From Candidatus Aminicenantes bacterium (GTDB lineage: Bacteria; Acidobacteriota; Aminicenantia; Aminicenantales; Saccharicenantaceae): a DNA stretch of 64,000 nucleotides. Where the stretch lies: the NCBI GenBank assembly GCA_963773685.1, contig CAVZBY010000010.1:32129-96128 (forward strand), in the 5' to 3' direction. This document shows, in pieces, positions 61,100 to 64,000 of this stretch (its first letter is position 1; each line of letters starts with the position of its first letter). The translations under genes and the position numbers were made by a program. The notes under the pieces were generated by a model. It made no database searches. It was not told where the DNA came from and saw only the letters and a list, made by a program, of their open reading frames with translations.

Positions 61100-63455
61100 A
61101 TGTCCCGGGAAGAAGATCTTCTCAAGTCCCTCGAGCTCCTCCAGGCCCTGAGCCTCAAGAACGATTCCATCACGGCGATAAAGCACCTGCCCGCCCGGGA
61201 GGCCCGGACCGCGGACTACCCGGACGACGCCGAGCCGACCCTGGTCGCGGCCCTCAAGAAGAAAGGGTACGCCTCCCTTTACTCCCATCAGAGGAGCTCC
61301 TGGGAAGCCCTGCGGCGAGGGCCAAAACATCGCGGTCGTCACGCCCACGGCCTCGGGGAAAACGCTCTGCTACAACCTCCCCGTCCTGGACGCCATCATC
61401 CGCGACCCGTCGAGCCGGGCCATCTATCTCTTCCCGACCAAGGCCCTGGCCCAGGACCAGCGGGCGGAGCTCGACGAGACGACCGCGCTCCTCCCCTCCG
61501 AGCTCCGCATCTTCACCTACGACGGGGATACGCCGCAGGACGCCCGCCGGGCCATCCGGGCCCAGGGGCACATCATCCTGACCAACCCGGACATGCTCCA
61601 CGCGGGCATCCTGCCGCATCACACGAAGTGGATCAAGCTCTTCGAGAACCTGAAGTACATCGTCATCGACGAGCTCCACAATTACCGCGGCATCTTCGGC
61701 AGTCATCTGGCCAATATCCTCCGCCGCCTCAAGCGCGTCGCCGCCTTCTACGGCTCGAACCCGCAGTTCATCCTGTGCACCGCGACCATCGCCAACCCGA
61801 AGGAGATGGCCGAGAAGATGATCGAGGCCCCGGTGACCCTGGTCGACGACAACGGCGCCCCGCGGGGCGAGAAGCACTTCGTCTTCTACACGCCGCCCAT
61901 CGTCAACGAGGCGCTGGGCATCCGGCGCTCCTACGTCAACGAGTCCCGGCGCATCGCCGCGATCTTCCTCCAGCACGACCTCCAGACCATCGTCTTCGCC
62001 CAGAGCCGGCTCATCACCGAGGTCCTCCTCACCTACCTCAAACAGGACATCGAGAAGACCATCAAGGACGAAGGTCTCATCCGCGGATACCGCGGCGGCT
62101 ATCTCCCGCTCGTCCGGCGCGAGATCGAGAAGGGCCTCCGCGACGGGAAGATCCTCGGCGTCGTCTCGACCAACGCCCTCGAGCTCGGCATCGACATCGG
62201 CACGCTCGACGTCGCCGTCCTCGCCGGCTATCCGGGCACCATCGCTTCGACCTGGCAGAGGGCGGGGCGGGCCGGCCGCAAGACGGGCCGCTCGGCGGCG
62301 GTCCTCGTCGCCTCGAGCTCGCCCCTCGACCAGTTCATCGTCAACCACCCGGAATACTTCTTCACGAGCCCCCCGGAGAACGCCCTCATCAACCCGGACA
62401 ACCTCTCCATCATGGTCAGCCACGTCGAGTGCGGGGCCTTCGAGCTCCCCTTCCAGGAGGGGGAGAAGTTCGGGACGATGGAGATCGGCGAGATCCTGAA
62501 GTTCCTCGAGGAGGAGAAGCTCCTCCACCATTCGAAGGACAAGTGGTACTGGACCTCCGACGCCTACCCGGCCGACGGGGTGAGCCTGCGGAGCATCAGC
62601 TCCGACAACTTCGTCGTCGTCGACCAGACCGGGAAGGCGCGGGTCATCGCCGAGGTGGATTTCAGCTCCGCCCTGACGACGCTCCACGAGAAGGCCATCT
62701 ACATGTGCGAGGGCGAGCAGTACTACGTCGAGAAGCTGGACTACGAACAGCGCAAGGCCTACGTCAAGAAGACCGACGTCGACTATTACACCGACGCCAT
62801 CGACTACACCAAGATCAAGATCCTGGACCAGTTCGACAAGGCCGTCCACGGGAGGGCCCGCGTCGCCCACGGCGAGGTCCACGTCGCGACCCAGGTCGTG
62901 GGCTTCAAGAAGATCAAGTTCCACACGGGAGAGAACGTCGGGGCCGGCGACCTGAGCCTGCCGCAGAACGAGATGCACACGACGGCCTGGTGGCTGACCG
63001 TGCCCTCGGACGTCCTCCAGACCCTCGACTATACGCCGGAACAGCGCGTCAACGGCGTCTTCGGCCTCTCGTACCTTCTCCACCACCTCGCGCCGCTGTT
63101 CCTGATGTGCGACGTCCACGACATCGGGGTCTCCATCGGCGACAACTCGACCGGCGAATCCCTGCCGCCCCGGGAGCTCGCGGCCCGGGCGGGCGCGGGC
63201 GACGAGGGCCCGGCGGTCGCGACCGAGGATTTCGAGCCCAACATCTTCATCTACGACAACTTCCCCGGCGGCATCGGCCTGAGCCCGGCCCTGTTCCTGC
63301 TCGAGAAGAGGCTCCTCGAGCACGGCCTCAAGACCATCGAGATCTGCCCCTGCAAGGACGGCTGTCCCTCCTGCGTCGGTCCGACCAAGGAGAGCGGCCG
63401 CCTGGCCAAGCAGGTCGCGCTGGATATCCTGAAGAAGCTGATCTTCGTCAGCTGA
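61100..63455 (+). CDS. DEAD/DEAH helicase with DUF1998 (MrfA/Hrq1/SftH family), frameshift near 61320
   Basis: LYSHQ, PTASGKTL, PTKALAQDQ, TNPDMLH, DELH.YRG.FGSH, TNALELGIDIG, QRAGRAGR, CPC..GCPSC. Confidence 0.9.
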
Positions 63456-64000
63456 CCGAAGCCCCGAGCATCCCCGCTACGGACACACAGCGTCCTCGGC
63501 CCCATTGCGGCGGGCCCCGGCGCCGCCGTCCCTGATCATCCGCCGGATCGGCGGGACGAAGAAAGACACGGCCCCCAGGAGAGCCAGCGCCGTCCCCGGT
63601 GATGAGAAAGACGTTGATGATCCCGATCCGGTCGGCGATGAAGCCCGTCTGCAGCAGGCCGAACATCGCGGGCGCCAGCATGATGCTCCCGTAGATGGAG
63701 AACACGCGGCCCAGGGCGGCCGGATCGACGGAGGTCTGGACCACGACCGTGAACGCGCCGCCGTAAACGGCGCCGGCCACGCCGCCGACGAGGGTCAGGC
63801 TCACGAACAGCCCGAATCCCGTCGGAGGGAGGAGCCCGGAAGCGAAGAATACCGCTCCGAGGACGAGATAGGTGATATTGATAAGGACGACCTTGTTGGC
63901 CCTCTGCTTCAGGACGCCCAGGATGACCCCGCCCAAGAGCATCCCCAGTCCCCAGGCGATCTCGACGATGCTCATCTGGGTGGTTCCCCCCGCGAAATGT
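63448..64000 (-). CDS. MFS transporter (3' part, truncated by the window; 3' end frameshifted)
   Basis: Several TM helices; Q..V....LGRVFS motif. Confidence 0.8.
   Translation of the reverse strand, partial: HFAGGTTQMSIVEIAWGLGMLLGGVILGVLKQRANKVVLINITYLVLGAVFFASGLLPPTGFGLFVSLTLVGGVAGAVYGGAFTVVVQTSVDPAALGRVFSIYGSIMLAPAMFGLLQTGFIADRIGIINVFLITGDGAGSPGGRVFLRPADPADDQGRRRRGPPQWGRGRCVSVAGMLGASVS

Overview
A GC-rich bacterial chromosomal segment made up mostly of core genes. The gene repertoire suggests Acidobacteriota, possibly Ca. Aminicenantes; this is an inference, not a database result. Core content: envC/S41/divergent-deacetylase cluster, three parvulin PPIases, mfd, uppP, part of the ATP synthase operon (atpF'-F-H-A-G-D-C) running into trmN6-wzm-wzt-rfaE2, folC-accD, a roughly 14-kb surface-glycan locus (GT2/GT4/GT9, two radical SAM/SPASM enzymes), rsmA, ftsK, an HD-GYP/ECF sigma/anti-sigma module, ricT-holB-uvrA, an AT-rich HTH-Doc toxin-antitoxin islet and a DUF1998 helicase. 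About 20 genes carry single-base frameshifts, including mfd and ftsK; these look like long-read indel errors, so many ORF-track entries are fragments or false fusions. No rRNA, tRNA, CRISPR array or transposase was seen. Most notable signals: (1) a glycan-locus module in which a DUF4214 radical SAM enzyme with an atypical CX5CX2C motif shares an ungapped 'RQ' coiled-coil helix with two neighbouring small proteins; (2) a roughly 560-nt intergenic element with nested long-range pairing; (3) a 27-bp motif shared upstream of the anti-sigma and HD-GYP genes, a candidate ECF promoter; (4) unannotated small units (an anti-SD-like sRNA and 20-, 29- and 32-aa ORFs); (5) a repeated leaderless promoter layout; (6) several apparently catalytically dead or truncated proteins.
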